DNA from: Camelus dromedarius
Lineage: Eukaryota
Direction of reading: 5' to 3'
Assembly (NCBI RefSeq): GCF_036321535.1
Contig: NC_087436.1
Location: 99,078,001-99,142,000 of the forward strand
DNA length: 64,000 bases
This document shows positions 13,201 to 26,620 of this stretch, piece after piece. How positions within the stretch are numbered: position 1 is the stretch's first letter; each line of letters starts with the position of its first letter. Both the position numbers and the translations under genes were made by a program. The notes under the pieces are model-generated. The model was not told the origin of the DNA. It made no database searches and saw nothing but the letters and a program-made list of their open reading frames with translations.

Positions 13201-13634
13201 TATGTCTCCTTGCTCAGGGAGAACTTTTGATGAAATTCTGAATAAAGTGGAGAAAGATGGAATATAAATGGGAAGAGGGAAGAGAACAGAGAAAAGTTGA
13301 AATGAAAGAAAGAGGAAAAACTAAATAGCCCAAAACGGAATGTAAGCAAGTAGGGATGAAGAGAACTAAGATAGAAGGGACAGAAGAGGTAGACAGGTGT
13401 ACAGAGGTGAAAAAAACATTATTTATCACTTTCAAGACGCATTTTCTGCAATCACGATAAAAGAGCAATGTAGTCATGTTTTTGTGTTGTGACTATATTT
13501 TAATGTGGCCTTCTAATATTAAAATTGAATCATTAGAAAAACAATACCAAGTACTGTAATATCTAGGCTTAATATGATTAGTATCCCCTACTCATATTTC
13601 AGGATTTTCAAGGGAACGTTTTAACAGTTCTATT

Positions 13635-13790
13635 CTTCATTCATTTACTCATCTATTACATAATAAGTCACCTATTCATTCACAAAAGTTTTATGAGCCC
13701 TTTTGAATCCAGGAATAGCTCCAGATGCTAGGGATATGCTAGTAAACAAAATGGTCCAAGTCTTTGCCTTCTAAGTTGCCCTTTCTAACT
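13635..13790 (-). mobile_element. L2 3' end fragment
   Basis: 'ttcattcatttactcat...ttcattcacaaaagttttatgagccc...ccagatgctagggatatgctagtaaacaaaa'. Confidence 0.6.
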
Positions 13791-14039
13791 AAAATGGTAA
13801 CAGACTTACTAAGAAGGTACAAATTAAGAACACAAAGCTTCTGATCTTTTTGCTTGCCATTTAAAATTGTCATCACCTCTTGATGTATTTACTTTTATGA
13901 GCATGGTTCTTTACCTCTGAAGAGTTCTGCTTTGGCCAAAATGACCACATTCCAACTTTGTGAATGTAAATTCAGACATTTGTATAAGATGGCATTGTGT
14001 GTTGATTTCCTTTGTGGCTTACTTTGGGCCACTTTGCCA

Positions 14040-14620
14040 AGGCCTTTAATTGAGTAAAATTGTTATCCCTTTATTTACCTAGTTACAATAATCAGTGCCC
14101 TTAATTTTTATGCCAACTTTTTTCCATAAGCTGCCACAGGAGGGTAATGGCAACTGAAAAGCTACAGAGCGGTGGGAGTAATTATTGTGACCTGGTTGCC
14201 ATCAGAACAAATTCGTTTAATCCTCGGAGAAACTCCTGCCAATCCAGCAACATCTCTTTCCCACTGGGAGGGTAAAGCTCCTCATCCCTTCCTCTTGCCT
14301 CCTCTAAATTGCTGCCCCACATTTACTCTTGCGACTGCATTACTGGCCAGTAAGCTGATGTTTTCCTCCTGCCTGCCAAACGGGTAGGAAGCCACAAGCA
14401 GGCCATTTCCTTTTCTGGAGGCAAAATTACCATACACAAACATCCGACTCAGGATAAGTAAATTACCTTGGTCAACTGATTTACAATTTATCTGGGGCAA
14501 GGTTTTGATAGAGATATTAAAAGGGAAGTAAAATTTATAACACTGACATAAAGCTCAGAATTCACTGCTTCTGCCAAAAGCTGCCACGTTCTACGCTCTG
14601 CCAGACAGGTTAGCTCAGCC
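14040..14620. promoter_or_regulatory. Candidate conserved non-coding element or enhancer
   Basis: No recognisable repeat and several retained CpGs. Two RFX-type half sites (atggcaac 14147-14154, gttgccat 14195-14202) and a PBX-HOX-type tgatttac (14477-14484). Function is inferred only. Confidence 0.35.
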
Positions 14621-15301
14621 TTTTGGCTTATTGGATTTTTCCATTTCCAACAGTTTCATTTATGCTTTGGGGTTTAAATAACCTTTCTGCTTAAGGCCCC
14701 ATGTCTCCAATAGAATAGAGCCTTGTGTATGCGACAGCAGTAGCTCCATAGTCTCCTGGGTGTGCTCTGGAACCACATAACCCATCTTTTCCTTTGATTC
14801 CTCCTATTCTCCAGTAGGTGGTAGACAAGTAGTACTGTGACTACTTTATGCTGCCAGAAAGTGTGGGAATAGGAACCAGGGCCTATATTTCCCCAGGCGA
14901 GGAAGAGATCAGGATGCATTAGGCTATTGCTACTTTCTTCTAACTCTTGTTCTGGCCTTCAAATTGCCTTTTAAACATAATATATCAAGTCACATTCTTG
15001 TAAAACATTATAGAGGCTGGTCCAGTGGCATTAATTTTAAAAAAATACTTTTGAGAATAAAAGTAGAAAATAAATAGTCTTCCTGCAGATGAATTTTTCA
15101 ATGGTTCTAGGAAAGGTAGATTATTAGAGAAAATCAAGTAAAAGAGATACAATGCTACACAATAAACTGCTAGCTCCTGGAGACCAGGTCTTTTTTCCAG
15201 CATCTTATCTGTATTCAGCAGAAGTTAACAATGCATGACAGAAAGAAGATGGTTAGTAAATTTATGTTAAATTTATCTCCTAAATTTTCTTGCTCGGATT
15301 T

Positions 15302-15392
15302 GAAAGAGAGAGGAAAGCACGTAGGAGAGGAGAGAGAAAGAGAGAGGGGGAGAGGGAGAGAAGGAGGGAGGGAGAGAGTGAGAGAGAGAAAG
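15302..15392 (+). repeat. GA-rich polypurine low-complexity tract
   Basis: gagaggagagagaaagagagagggggagagggagagaaggagggagggagagagtgagagagagaaagg. Confidence 0.9.
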
Positions 15393-16659
15393 GCAATAGG
15401 CATGGCATTTGGGAACATAATCATGGATTGTCCTTAAACTAAACTTTACAGTATTACTATGGAGCATGGAACTTTCAAATTGTTCAAACTGGTGACAGAT
15501 CTTTTTCTCATAGGGAAAAAAAATGTTGACTTGTTAAGAGTCGTCAAACAAATCAAATGGCTATCTTTTTCAGTTAACTTTGTTAACACATTACATTGAA
15601 AGAATCTTGCTTGATATTACGTATTAAATCATCATGTCAATTTCAATTACTTGCGAATATAAGGAGTAAGTGTCTGAAAAATAAAATATCAAACGTTTAA
15701 ATGATAAGCAAATGTAAAGTTTGATAACTCTAAATATTCCCCTACATTGTACTATCTTTTTCTGTAATTAAGGGTAACTAACCAGTCTGGCTCCCTCTGA
15801 TAAGAAATATAATTATTATTAAAACTCAAAAACAAAACAAACAGTTGGCTTGGCCATGGTCATGCTTTGACCACCTGTGTAGAGATGCACCACCTGTTCC
15901 GAACCTTTGACCTCTAGTCACAGTCCTCATGTCAGTTACTTGACTCCTACCTATTTTGTAACCAAATTTAAACTTAACTCACGTGCTTGCCTATATCCTT
16001 AAACCCTATTTCTACGTATGGTTCCATCCCACAGTTTAAACATCTATATTTTATTCTTGACCTTACATGGCCTAATAATTTTCTTGCAAATATCACGCAC
16101 TTAATCAGGTCTTATTAAACTAAACTGTATTGCTCTTGTGTCTGTTCACGCTCTGCACAAAATTGGACCTGAGTCCATCTTACCTTCTCATCTTATCTTT
16201 CCATTTGATTGTTAACTGATATTTTAGGATGTAGCCCGACTTCATCCTCAGGGCTTGTGATACCTCCATAGTAAATTTAAATGTTTCATCATTTGTTTAG
16301 GTTTCCTATTCTGTATCCACGCTATCTACTCCATCCGTAAGATACACCACACCAGCTTTCCCCAAATGCCATTAAGTCTATAATCTATAAGGCACAAGTC
16401 AGGATATGTAAATGAGAAAATGATCTTGTTTGATTTTAACTTTGGGAAATCATACTGCAGAGAGTAAGATTTAAAGACAGGGAGTTTCCTTAAGATATTT
16501 AAGATACTAAGTTTTCCTTAGTAGAAGCAGGACACTCTTTAATAGCTTAGTGTCCAATTTATTCTTCTTGTTCTAACGGACATTTAAGATTTCCTCTTGA
16601 CAGAGGGAAGAACACTAATATAGACGGCCTAAGAACAATGACATCTATGGCAGCAGGAT

Positions 16660-17323
16660 TGAGGGTGAAATTTACTGAGCCTTGTGATCCTGGAAAATGC
16701 AAGGATTAATGAAACTGTCACCTTTTCGTGTTCCCAGACATGGCTACTATAAAGAAGCACTATTCTCCATCTGACTTAGATAAAATTCACAGAGGTCTCC
16801 TTTGCTTACTTATAATAGAACAGACGCAGATATAAAAATTCTCATTTGTTGCCTTTTAAATGAATAGCTGGACTGCTTTGGCTCCACTGATCAGTCAGAA
16901 CTAAATGCTTGTCAGCTTAACTTTGGTTAAGATTCTCTACCACTCTCCAAACCCTGAACTTTGACTCACTCTCAGCATGAACATATAGCAATCCTTCCCT
17001 AATGGCCCCTCTTAAGAACAGGCTGGTTTTTAGTGTAAAACAGTCACTGACCTACCATCCAATCACATCATCCTTGCTCATACCACATTCACAAGCCCAG
17101 TTCTGTAGTCTTTTAATTAAAAAAAAAAAAAAAAAAACTCAATAAAACAAAAACCCCTTTCTGCCTTAGCTGTGCAATGCTGGCAGATCTCTTGGTCAGA
17201 AATTCTCCCTATTGCAATAGACTCTCTCCTCCTATTGCAAAAGTCCCTTTCTCCTGTTTTGCAATAAGCCTTTCCAATGAAGTCTCTCTTTATTTAGGTC
17301 CCAAGTTTGTTCTTTATTTGGAA
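16660..17323 (+). mobile_element. ERV1 (MER4-group; MER31/MER67-like) 5' LTR
   Basis: Starts 'tgagggtgaaatttactgagccttgtgatcctggaaaa'. The R/U5 region has the repeated 'ctattgcaatag' motif and 'aatgaagtctctctt...gtttgttctttatttg'. A degenerate primer-binding site 'tggtgctataacctggct' follows at 17329-17346. Confidence 0.7.
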
Positions 17324-20300
17324 GTTGCTGGTGCTATAACCTGGCTCGAGATTGGGCCTCCCCTATGGACTCCCACCATCCCCTTACAGGTTATGGTGCC
17401 TTTGTGGGTCCTTTAACTCCTCTGCTGCTAGGTGATTCTCAGCTCCTTTGCCAAATTCAATTCTCAAAATAATGTTCCAGGCATATTGTCTGTTGCAGCA
17501 TGGTAAGGAGTTTAATTTTTTCAGTCAAATCGATTATTATTTTTGCCCCTTCTCTGAAGCCTTTTCAGTTTTTCCTAGGTTCCCCACACTTGGAGATTGT
17601 GCAGGGCATTTCCACCTTTCCTTTGACCTCAGAGATTCCCTAAGGGGTTCCCTTGGCTCTCTGTCCCAGGGATTGTGAGGAAATTAGTCAAGTAGAATTC
17701 TCTTCCCAAGTTCTTTATAGATTTTTTTCTTTCATTTCTCTCTTTGGTGTAACTATCTGTAAATCTCATGGTTAACTCTCACTGTATTTGGCACCTTCCT
17801 TCCTCTTCTCCCACTGACTATATATGCTTTGCTGTTACAGCACTAATTCAGTCTAGCATCTCCTAGTAATGGTAACTTCCACCAAAGGCAATTTAGAATT
17901 CCCATTGCATTTTTGGGAAACTTCGGATGTCCCCACACTGGCTTATCTAAGCCTATCTTTTCCCATCATCCCTCCTTCCTCTCTTCTTCTCCTCTGTCTT
18001 CTATCTTTCCTCCAACTCCCTTGAATTCTTTTGTCTGATCCTTTTAGCACCTCAACCTACTCCACCCTTCTACCCACCCTTGCCAGACCTTTCTCTTTCT
18101 ACCCCAGCCTGTCAATTTCCTAATGTCTCCTATTCAACCATCAGAGGCTGAAAAGGCTGTTTGGAAACAATGTTTTACCCACAAAGATGGGCTTTGGAGA
18201 CACCCAGATGGCCTCTTGGTTTCTCCTCAGTTCTTTGCCCATATTCTCCAAAAAAGAATCATCATGGCAAATGAACTCTTAAAGGTTTTCTCAGCAATTA
18301 TTGGCTGGGAACAGGTAAAATCAACTTGTATCATCTTCCAGAAAAAAAAATTCCTGGTAAAAATGTAAAGTGTAAAGGTGAGGAAAGAACAAGAGTCAGC
18401 TCTCTCATACCAACTAGTAAGTTTTGGATTTTTTGTTTGTTTGTTTATGACTGCAACATAAGTAAGATTTTAGAATTGAAGCTATAAGCTCTCTATTATT
18501 GTCTCTCTCTGTATGTGCATATGCAGCATTTTCTTACTTTCAGATGGTATTACCAAATTATATTATACAACCTCCTTCAAAGAGCTGTTTTATAATTGGT
18601 TTAGAGATAATTAAGCACGTATTATATAAACTGAATATTCATAAAATCCTCAGAAAGATAAAAAATTTAACTTATTCTGAAAAATTGTATTCCAACAGCA
18701 ATTATGTTGTGGAGTATGTTAGCCTGCAGATAGTTTTCAACCATTTTTAGTAATTTAAAACCTTAGACTTATGCTAAATTAAGTATACACAGTATGCAGA
18801 TATGTTTTTATTTTTAAAAAAGATTATTTTTTCCCTAAAGTAAATTAAGTATTTATTCCAGAATGAGAAAGATGCAAGTGTAAAAAATACCTGAATGAAT
18901 ACGGAAAGTTACAGAGAGTTTGCAAAAAGGGGATTTTTATTTGCTAACGTTTGATGGGTTTATTTCTAAGATTTTTAAATGAGATTTAGTGTGAAATGTT
19001 ATACTCATAAAAAACTCAATTTATGTTTTCTATTTGTTAAAATGACAAAATTTTCTTAGATTACTGGTCTCTAATTATCAAGAGTTTGTAAAAAGATTTT
19101 CTTTATCTTATGAGTTATCTGCCTGGAAGGCAGAGATTCTATATCTTATCAGAATAGTTTCCTGTGCTTTATGTTGACTTTATCATGTCCTTGATTATTT
19201 AGAAGAACAAAGTCTTTGCACTTTTAAAAAAGAAGCTAATGTTTTTTGTCTTTTTTTTTTTTTTTTTTTTACAATTATGTTACCTCCTTTATTTACTTTT
19301 AAAGTCTTTTATTGTCACTTTGGCAATGCAATTCAACAACTTTTGTCATTTTGCCTTCCCCAAATCAAATCTTAAATGATATTTTTGGTACCTAATACTG
19401 TCTTTGAGATTTCCTAAAGGGCTCCTGGAACAAATCACAAAGGATTTGTTCTTTCACTTTTTAGAAAGAGAGGTGCTAAAAATAATCAGGTTTATTTGAT
19501 ATGTTATGAGATGCGTGGGAAGTGTTGTTATCTCAGAAGAGCCGCTAACCTTCCCTAGGTTAAATCTGTATGGGTAAAATGTTGTTACATATAAATATTT
19601 CAGAAAGTCTATGAAGTGAGAGATCTGACAATGTCCTTGCTGTTCAGGATGTTTATATTTACCAGAGTCCTGATGGTGCTTTGCCTGATATTAGTCAACA
19701 GTAGAGTGTTATCAGTCATAATTTCAGTTATTTTTTAAAATGTTGCATGTCATAGAAACAACAAGATTTCTCATTAATTGCCTTATTTTTGTAATAAGCC
19801 TCCATCAGTCACTTTAACACTTTAGTAATATGCAGAGAGTTTTACTCTGATACTTCAACGATAGTGCTTGCAATCAGCCATTGGCCAGAGTGCTTCATCT
19901 TCAACAAAAAAGGGCTTTGTTAGAGACCCATGGTAAGGACTACACCACATACTTTTGGGCACAGGTTTCTGATGACGCTGCTTAAATAACTTGGAGATCC
20001 TACAACTGTATTGAGTCAGGGTTTCTAGAATTCTAATTGAGAAGGTTATGGATTCATTAGCTTGCCAACCCAAGATGTGTGAAGCAAGAATTCGTTTCAT
20101 AGGACTGAAAGAAAGGAGGAGGGGTGATTATGGGTTTCTTTTGGAATATTACTGATGTTTTAATACTCAATTTTATGGAAATAAGGAACTTTTCTCTTAA
20201 GCTATTTATAACTTACACAATTTTTAATATACTATGCATTTTGTAAATGGGAGAAAAACATAAATGTTTTACTCCCTGCTGGATCCCTCCAGAATTTGGA

Positions 20301-21500
20301 ATTTCCTATATTCTTATTTACATGGCAATATAATTATTGGCATGGGTTCAACAAGAATCTGGACTCCTTGTTAGCTGAACATAATTGGAAACATTGGTTT
20401 GTAACCAAAGTTTTGAGTGGAATGTCATATTTGAAAATGATACTTGATTCAGATATGACTAGACACTTTTAAATAACTAAGGGTGACTTTATGGAGCCAA
20501 TGTTTACTAAGCCCTCTTGGGAAAAATGGCCTGGTACCTGGCATACAGGGTTCATAGCTTTACAGATGATTAAAGAACATAACTCCTTGGCAGGCTTGGG
20601 GTTTGTAGAATACTATATTTCAAATATGGAGACAAAAAGCATTCTCACTTCATTAGCACACATACTCTGTTTATGTGTTATCTTTTTGAAGTCATATAAG
20701 CTTTATTACATGCAAAACTCTTACATTGGGACCCATTGAAAACTACTTTAAATGAGGCTTGGAATTGTCAGGTTACTCTGAAGAAAGTCAAGAGACCCCA
20801 GAATTAGAAAGAGGTAGAGGCTATTTTTCTCCTTTTGCATATCTTGCTAGGAGTTGACATGCTATATTGAAATTAAAATTTTGACTAAATTCTGTCAAAA
20901 AGACAACCATTAAGTAAAAACCCAGCACAAAAACAGTTGCTTCATCTTTTGATATAAGCTTAGGGAAGTCCTGATCATAGCACAATGACAATTTCCATGA
21001 GGGTGAAGTTCTGGGGCCCTGAACAAATAAACTCAGGACCTATACCATCACTCAGAAGGCTATTTCTGGTCTTGCTGAACTCTTATGCCCTTTTGTAAAC
21101 TGGAACCTGAATCATCTTTCTAGCAAATTCTATAACAATATAGTCTGATCAATGGAAAATAGTTTTTAACATCCCTTATGCCATTTAGCAAATCCCTAGA
21201 CACAAATATGGAACATGATATTTTAAAATTCCCCTTTCCATCTTGGAGTAAGATGCCTGAATAGGTCTTTCAAAAACTACCTAACAATTTCTGGATTGTA
21301 TCCTGATTAAGATGCTTCAAATGCTGACTAACCTCCCTAGTGCATAGAATAAAGCTAATTTATTCAGAATTATTTTAAAGTGACCCAGACACAGTCAAAA
21401 CAACAGTCCCAAGGAAAAAGTGAACAGATGTCCCAAATGTCATAGAATTACTTTAGCAGCCATAGAGGCATAGATGCAAATTATAGACAGAAAAACATTT
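17324..21500 (+). mobile_element. Non-autonomous ERV1/MER4-group internal region, degraded; no 3' LTR seen
   Basis: PBS, pyrimidine-rich leader, gag MA-like remnant ('ttagaattcccattgcatttttgggaaacttcggatgtcccca'), pol-like peptide GLWRHPDGLLVSP (ORF 18123), then long AT-rich internal sequence typical of the MER4 group ('gcagagattctatatcttatcagaatagtttcctgtgcttt', 'ggatccctccagaatttggaa', 'actaagggtgactttatggagccaat'). The right boundary is uncertain. Confidence 0.7.
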
Positions 21501-23375
21501 AGTCTAGTTCTTTCATTTATTGACTTGGTTATAGTCAAACATACAGTCTTCCCTAGAGTAAGGCATGAAGTCTAACAAGAACGTCTTTCTGTGTACCTTC
21601 CAATAATACACAGGTTAAATATCTTGTTTCTCAGACCTTATTTGCATCCTCAAAACCTATAGTTTATTTTAAATTCTAAAATTGATTAATTTGTAAGAAA
21701 AGTTAAAATTTTTGTAAGATAAATTAATAGAAGTTATAATAAAAATTACAATATAAAATTACCTCCATATTTCTCACTAGTAAAATGATCCTTTAAGCAT
21801 CTTAGTGAGCCTTTAGGAATCTTAAGGAGACTTTAAGAGTTCATCGCAGCCTTTTGCAAAGTACTAACCATTTGTAAGAGAAAAACAAAATGTTGGCATA
21901 TTGTAATTTATAAGTAAATTTTCAGTTTTCACTTTTTTTCTTACCTTGTTTTGACATTTAACTTATCTTCTTTTTTGATTTGTTATCATTTGTATTTTAT
22001 ATTCACAAGTTATTATGCAGTTTCATAATGTTGTATATTTGTTCCCCTTTGGTTCATGAGTAAATATTAAGGCGACTTTGTTAATAACATGCAAATTAGA
22101 TTAATTTTTATTTCTATAAAATAAACAGCTCTTTTTAACTTAGTGTATGTTGCTTCATATTTCATATTCACTGCAAAAATTAAGAAAAAAATCTTAATTG
22201 CTAAAATACCTATCTTGAGTATATAGGTGTTGATTAAAGTGTCAAAATTTCTATAAAATTTTCAAAATATTTTGTATTAAAAGAATACCAAATGCAACAA
22301 TTTGGAGCTGAGGGGAATAATATAGTCTATAACATGTCTCATGAACACTGTTTATTTCTAACTAAACATGATTAAAACAGATTTATGAATATTTTAACGC
22401 TTGTAATGCAATGATGTTTGATCTATAAACATATGTTAAATGTACAAAAAATTTCAGTGCTTGATAAGGCAAATATTTCCTGGGAGACAATATTTTTTCT
22501 TCTCTTATATGCATTATTCATTATCAGATAAGTAAGATGAGTCTGCTTTGAAAAGGCTCATCATAAAGTGTCAAGGCTCTAGGTAACAAATCATTGGCTG
22601 TTTAAATGATTGTTTTTCCCTGAGGGAAAATATATTTTGGTTTGGAGGCCTAACTTCATTATGCTTCAGTACATACTAAGTGAAAAACACTATTTCCATC
22701 ATTAATGTGTTTATAAAAGCTTTTTGTTGTCTGCACTGAAAAGTCATTTGGTTGAATTTTTTTCTTATGATGTATTGTCTGGCAGTAAAAGTTAATGCAC
22801 TCAGGAGCATTTGTAGACTTTCAAATTTTAACTAAATTTTTTAAGAGAACACATCTAACTAGATTATTAATTATTATGAATTATTATAATACATCAATTA
22901 GAAATGGATATGGATTCAGTTTTTAAAACTAACACCAGTCTTTCCTCATACACATTTCAAACTGTTCAAGGAGTTTTCAATGGTTTAATTTCACTACAAT
23001 GATCACTGCTATTTGAGATTTTCAAGCTCTGCTGAGTTTTCCTGTCTATTACCTTATTTCTATAAAGATATTTCCATAAAGAGTAGCAAAACAAGTAATA
23101 TTTGAATTATTACTGCTACCATATTTGACCAGTAATTAATAAGGTAAACTCTTAAAAAATGTTTGCTAATTAATATTGATTATTTATAAACACTCATAAA
23201 TATATTTACTTTTTTGTAGTTTTTTATAGTTATGCACTGTCATTTACTTTAGAATATTTCAATATATTAGAGTATTAAAATATTCAGAAATCTTATCTGC
23301 AAACTCCACAAAAACAGAAATTACTAAATTAAAGTTTCAGATTCTTGTGTTTAATTGGACAAGATAAGTAGCATA

Positions 23376-23699
23376 TGTAAAAAATTCATAAAGAGAAACC
23401 TCAATTAAATAGAGTTGGGAGACTTTCATGCCCTGTAATGCTAACAAAGCCCAACAGGAAGAAGAGTCATTTTCTTTCCTGGCAAGGACTCAGCCGATGA
23501 AAAGCTATGGGCTTTCTGTTTACTATAGATCACCAAATCCCCTTTTCCTCCCTATAAAAGTGTTCTCCTTCTCTTGCTACGTGGGAACTTGCATGTGACT
23601 CACCAAGGATGCAGACCCAGAATTGCAGATCTCTGCTGATCCCAAATAAACCTATCTTTGCTGGGCAAATATCTGCCAGATTATTATTTCAGGTCAACA
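23376..23699 (+). mobile_element. Short ERV1-type solo LTR (about 320 bp)
   Basis: 'agagaaacctcaattaaatagagt', CAAT-like 'tcagccgatgaaaag', TATA 'cctataaaag' (~23551), polyA signal aataaa (23645) and end 'ttcaggtcaaca'. Possible 4-bp TSD cata/catt. Confidence 0.75.
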
Positions 23700-25214
23700 C
23701 ATTTTAAAGAACATATATAACGTATCAGATATATAACATTAAATATTATATTTTAAAGTCCTTTTCATTCTTAGTAGGTTTAAGGCATGTAGTAAACCAT
23801 GTTATAATCTAGATTAACCCTTCTTAATATGTATAGCACTCACATACAAAACTTCTTTGTGCTTGGGTTTCAAGACCACCATATCTTAATCACTTGTTCT
23901 GGTCACTTGATTGGAACAGATGTTTTCTTATACCATGAAGCCTTAGGAAAGGAAAGAGTATTCATTCTGTTGTGGAAGCAAGTGCCATGAAGCATGATAG
24001 CTCAGGATTCCTATTTGCTATAATGGAGAACTCCTCTTCTGTGGTTGATTTCCCTAGGGTTGTTGGTGATTGGCTATATGCAAATTAGAAAACCTTAGGA
24101 TGTTAATCATTGATATGATGAGTGCTGATGCTGACTCTTCCACCCACATCTATCTTGCTGTGTTATGAATATGCAAATTAAAAAACCCAATATATTGGTA
24201 TTGAAAAATGCCCTCCCCATGCTGTAGGCAGCCCTTCTGAGTTGGAATTGAAGAGGTGCTGTTAACAGAACTGGAACTAGAGCTAAAAATCGTCTACTCT
24301 CATGCTCTACAAGTGAAGGGTAATTAGAGTTTAAAATATTCTTTTTCAGTAGTTCCCCTTAATAATCTGTAAGCCTGTTACTTGATTTTTACATACTTAA
24401 CCTAAGCACATTATGTCTGGAAAGAGGAAACTACCTACATTTCCTTTTCCCGATTAATTTTCAAATTCCCTGACTGCAGATGGTTGGATCTAATGTTGCT
24501 TTTATACCATTTCCTTCAATCAACATAATTTATCAAGGAATATTATTTTAACTGAGATTTGGTTTACCTACTATCTTTTTGCCATATATTTTGTTATACA
24601 TTTTCCTATATTAGCCATGCTAAGGATGCATCTGTCTTGATTCCCTTTTCTTTTATTATATTGAAGGCTCAGTCTTAATGGTATTATTTTGGGAATACTA
24701 AAGGACTTCTAACATGGCAGACTAAAGACTATAAACCCAGGGACAACATCAAAAAGCTATGTATTTTCAATTTAATCTTTATTATTATAGTTCATTTTCT
24801 AAATTTTAATAATATGAACCATATTCCTATCTTGCATTTTTCAGATATATACATAGTAATAAGCACACACACACATATTTTCAGAATTTTTGTAGGCTGA
24901 CTAAGTGTAATCAAGTAGATAATGAAAAGCTACATAATTTATTCTTCCTGGCATTTGAAAATTTATGGATTTTTCAGGATTGAAATGTATAAATTCTGGA
25001 TGGGATGATTATCTTTGCAGCCATCTTTCTTTTGATCCTATAGTAATCTTAACATTTGACAAATATTTAAAAATATCCCATAATATCTCAGCTCTTAGAT
25101 TGAATATTTAAGTCATCTTACACTGTGGAGATAAAACTCTCCATCTCGTAAGTATGGGGATATTAAGTTTATATAAAAACAGCCATCTATATTTAACATA
25201 TAATATTTTTTAGA

Positions 25215-25385
25215 CAGTATTCTAGGTAATATCACACTTATTATCTTCACTAAAATTCTGTTAAGTCAAGTATTTTAGTGACAACTTACACTTTAAAAAC
25301 TGAGTCTCTGAGATGCTAATATAGTTTTCAATGTCACACAGAAACAAGTGAAGATAGAATTTTTATTCAAGTTTCAAGATCAAAT
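25215..25385 (-). mobile_element. MIR fragment
   Basis: 'aaaactgagtctctgagatgctaatatagttttcaatgtcacacagaaacaagtg'. Confidence 0.55.
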
Positions 25386-25561
25386 AATTTATAATTAAGT
25401 AAGATATACATTTTATCTCTCAAATAGATTATAATCTAGTATTTTTAGAATGTGATCTTCTGTAATTTCCCATCTGCATGATATCAGGAATGAGCAAAGT
25501 GTTATGCAAATAAGTGGTGCCTCAAATAAGGAATTAAAAATAGTTTTTTTACTGAAGATTT

Positions 25562-25680
25562 CCAGAATACAAGCTCCATAAAGTCAAGGATTTGTTTTGT
25601 TTCTGTTTTACTTCATATGCATAAAACATGGCCTAGTACTTATTAGGCACTTGATAAATATTTATTTCAAGAATGAGTAA
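25562..25680 (+). mobile_element. L2 3' end
   Basis: 'agaatacaagctccataaagtcaaggatttgttttgttt...taggcacttgataaatatttatt...gaatgagtaa'. Confidence 0.7.
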
Positions 25681-25784
25681 GGCATAATTTCTAAGGAATC
25701 AAAGTTGGAGAGGTCTTTTTAGGCTTTTAGTCATTAGCTTCTCAAAGATTAGGATTTAAAATGGCAAATATTACATATATCCAC

Positions 25785-25940
25785 AGTTCTAGATATATTC
25801 AAATATGTAATTTCATTTAATCATCACAAACTATGTGAGAGCAAATATAAGATTCAATATAAGATTCAACATTTTATAGGTGAGAAAACTCAGTATCAGA
25901 GTAGTGAATTTCCTAGATCTCTTACACATAACACAGCTGC
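25785..25940 (-). mobile_element. MIR fragment
   Basis: 'aatttcatttaatcatcacaaactatgtgag...cattttataggtgagaaaactcag'. Confidence 0.65.
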
Positions 25941-26302
25941 ACACATTATAGTCTTATTTGTCAAAACATCACTGCTGTCAACCTTCTTGAAGTCAAAAGT
26001 TTGAATACTGTATTATTTCAAATATACACTTGCTATCCTCATATCTGCCTAAAATATACCAGACTATACTGCTAATTTCTTTTTTTGCAATTTGAATACC
26101 TTTACTACACTTTGAATCTTCAAAATAGATCATGTTAATCATACATAAGAAGTTTTTGAACACTGATTAGTGTGCATGTCGTTGTCAAGAAGGCTGTTTT
26201 AATTGTACAACTTTTTATTCCCTAGGCAATCTCAAAATAAAATTTATTTCTGCATTTCCAATCACAGAAGTAACATATTCCAACCACATAAGAGGCATTA
26301 AA

Positions 26303-26620
26303 GTTATATATGCATATAGTCACATATATACAATAAAGTTTCATATATATGAATTTTATACTTATATAGTACATAAATATATAAATATATAATATATAAC
26401 ATATATTTATATATAAATCTATGTACATTTAAGTATATAAAACTTTATATAATTATATTATATAATATGAATATATTTAAATACAAATTATATATGACAT
26501 ATTTCTATGACTATGCATATGTATATACATATACATACATGTGAAGAGATATATACATAAAACATATATAAATATAACTTACAAATATATAAAACATATA
26601 TATATATATAAATATATAAA
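26303..26620. repeat. TA-rich low-complexity region / degenerate (TA)n
   Basis: About 320 bp of tatata/tacata units. Confidence 0.9.

Noticed and set aside
17200..17270. Three 'ctattgcaa' repeats as a CRISPR-like or novel array
   Set aside because: They are short, imperfect tandem units inside the ERV1 LTR R/U5 region, with no spacer structure, in a mammalian context.
23376..23699. 3' LTR partner of the LTR at 16660
   Set aside because: No visible sequence similarity and half the length. It is an independent solo LTR.
25844..25870. Short tandem duplications (aatataagattc x2; also cttctatgcta near 775-802 and aaatattcacatta near 45169-45205)
   Set aside because: Ordinary replication-slippage duplications in AT-rich DNA.
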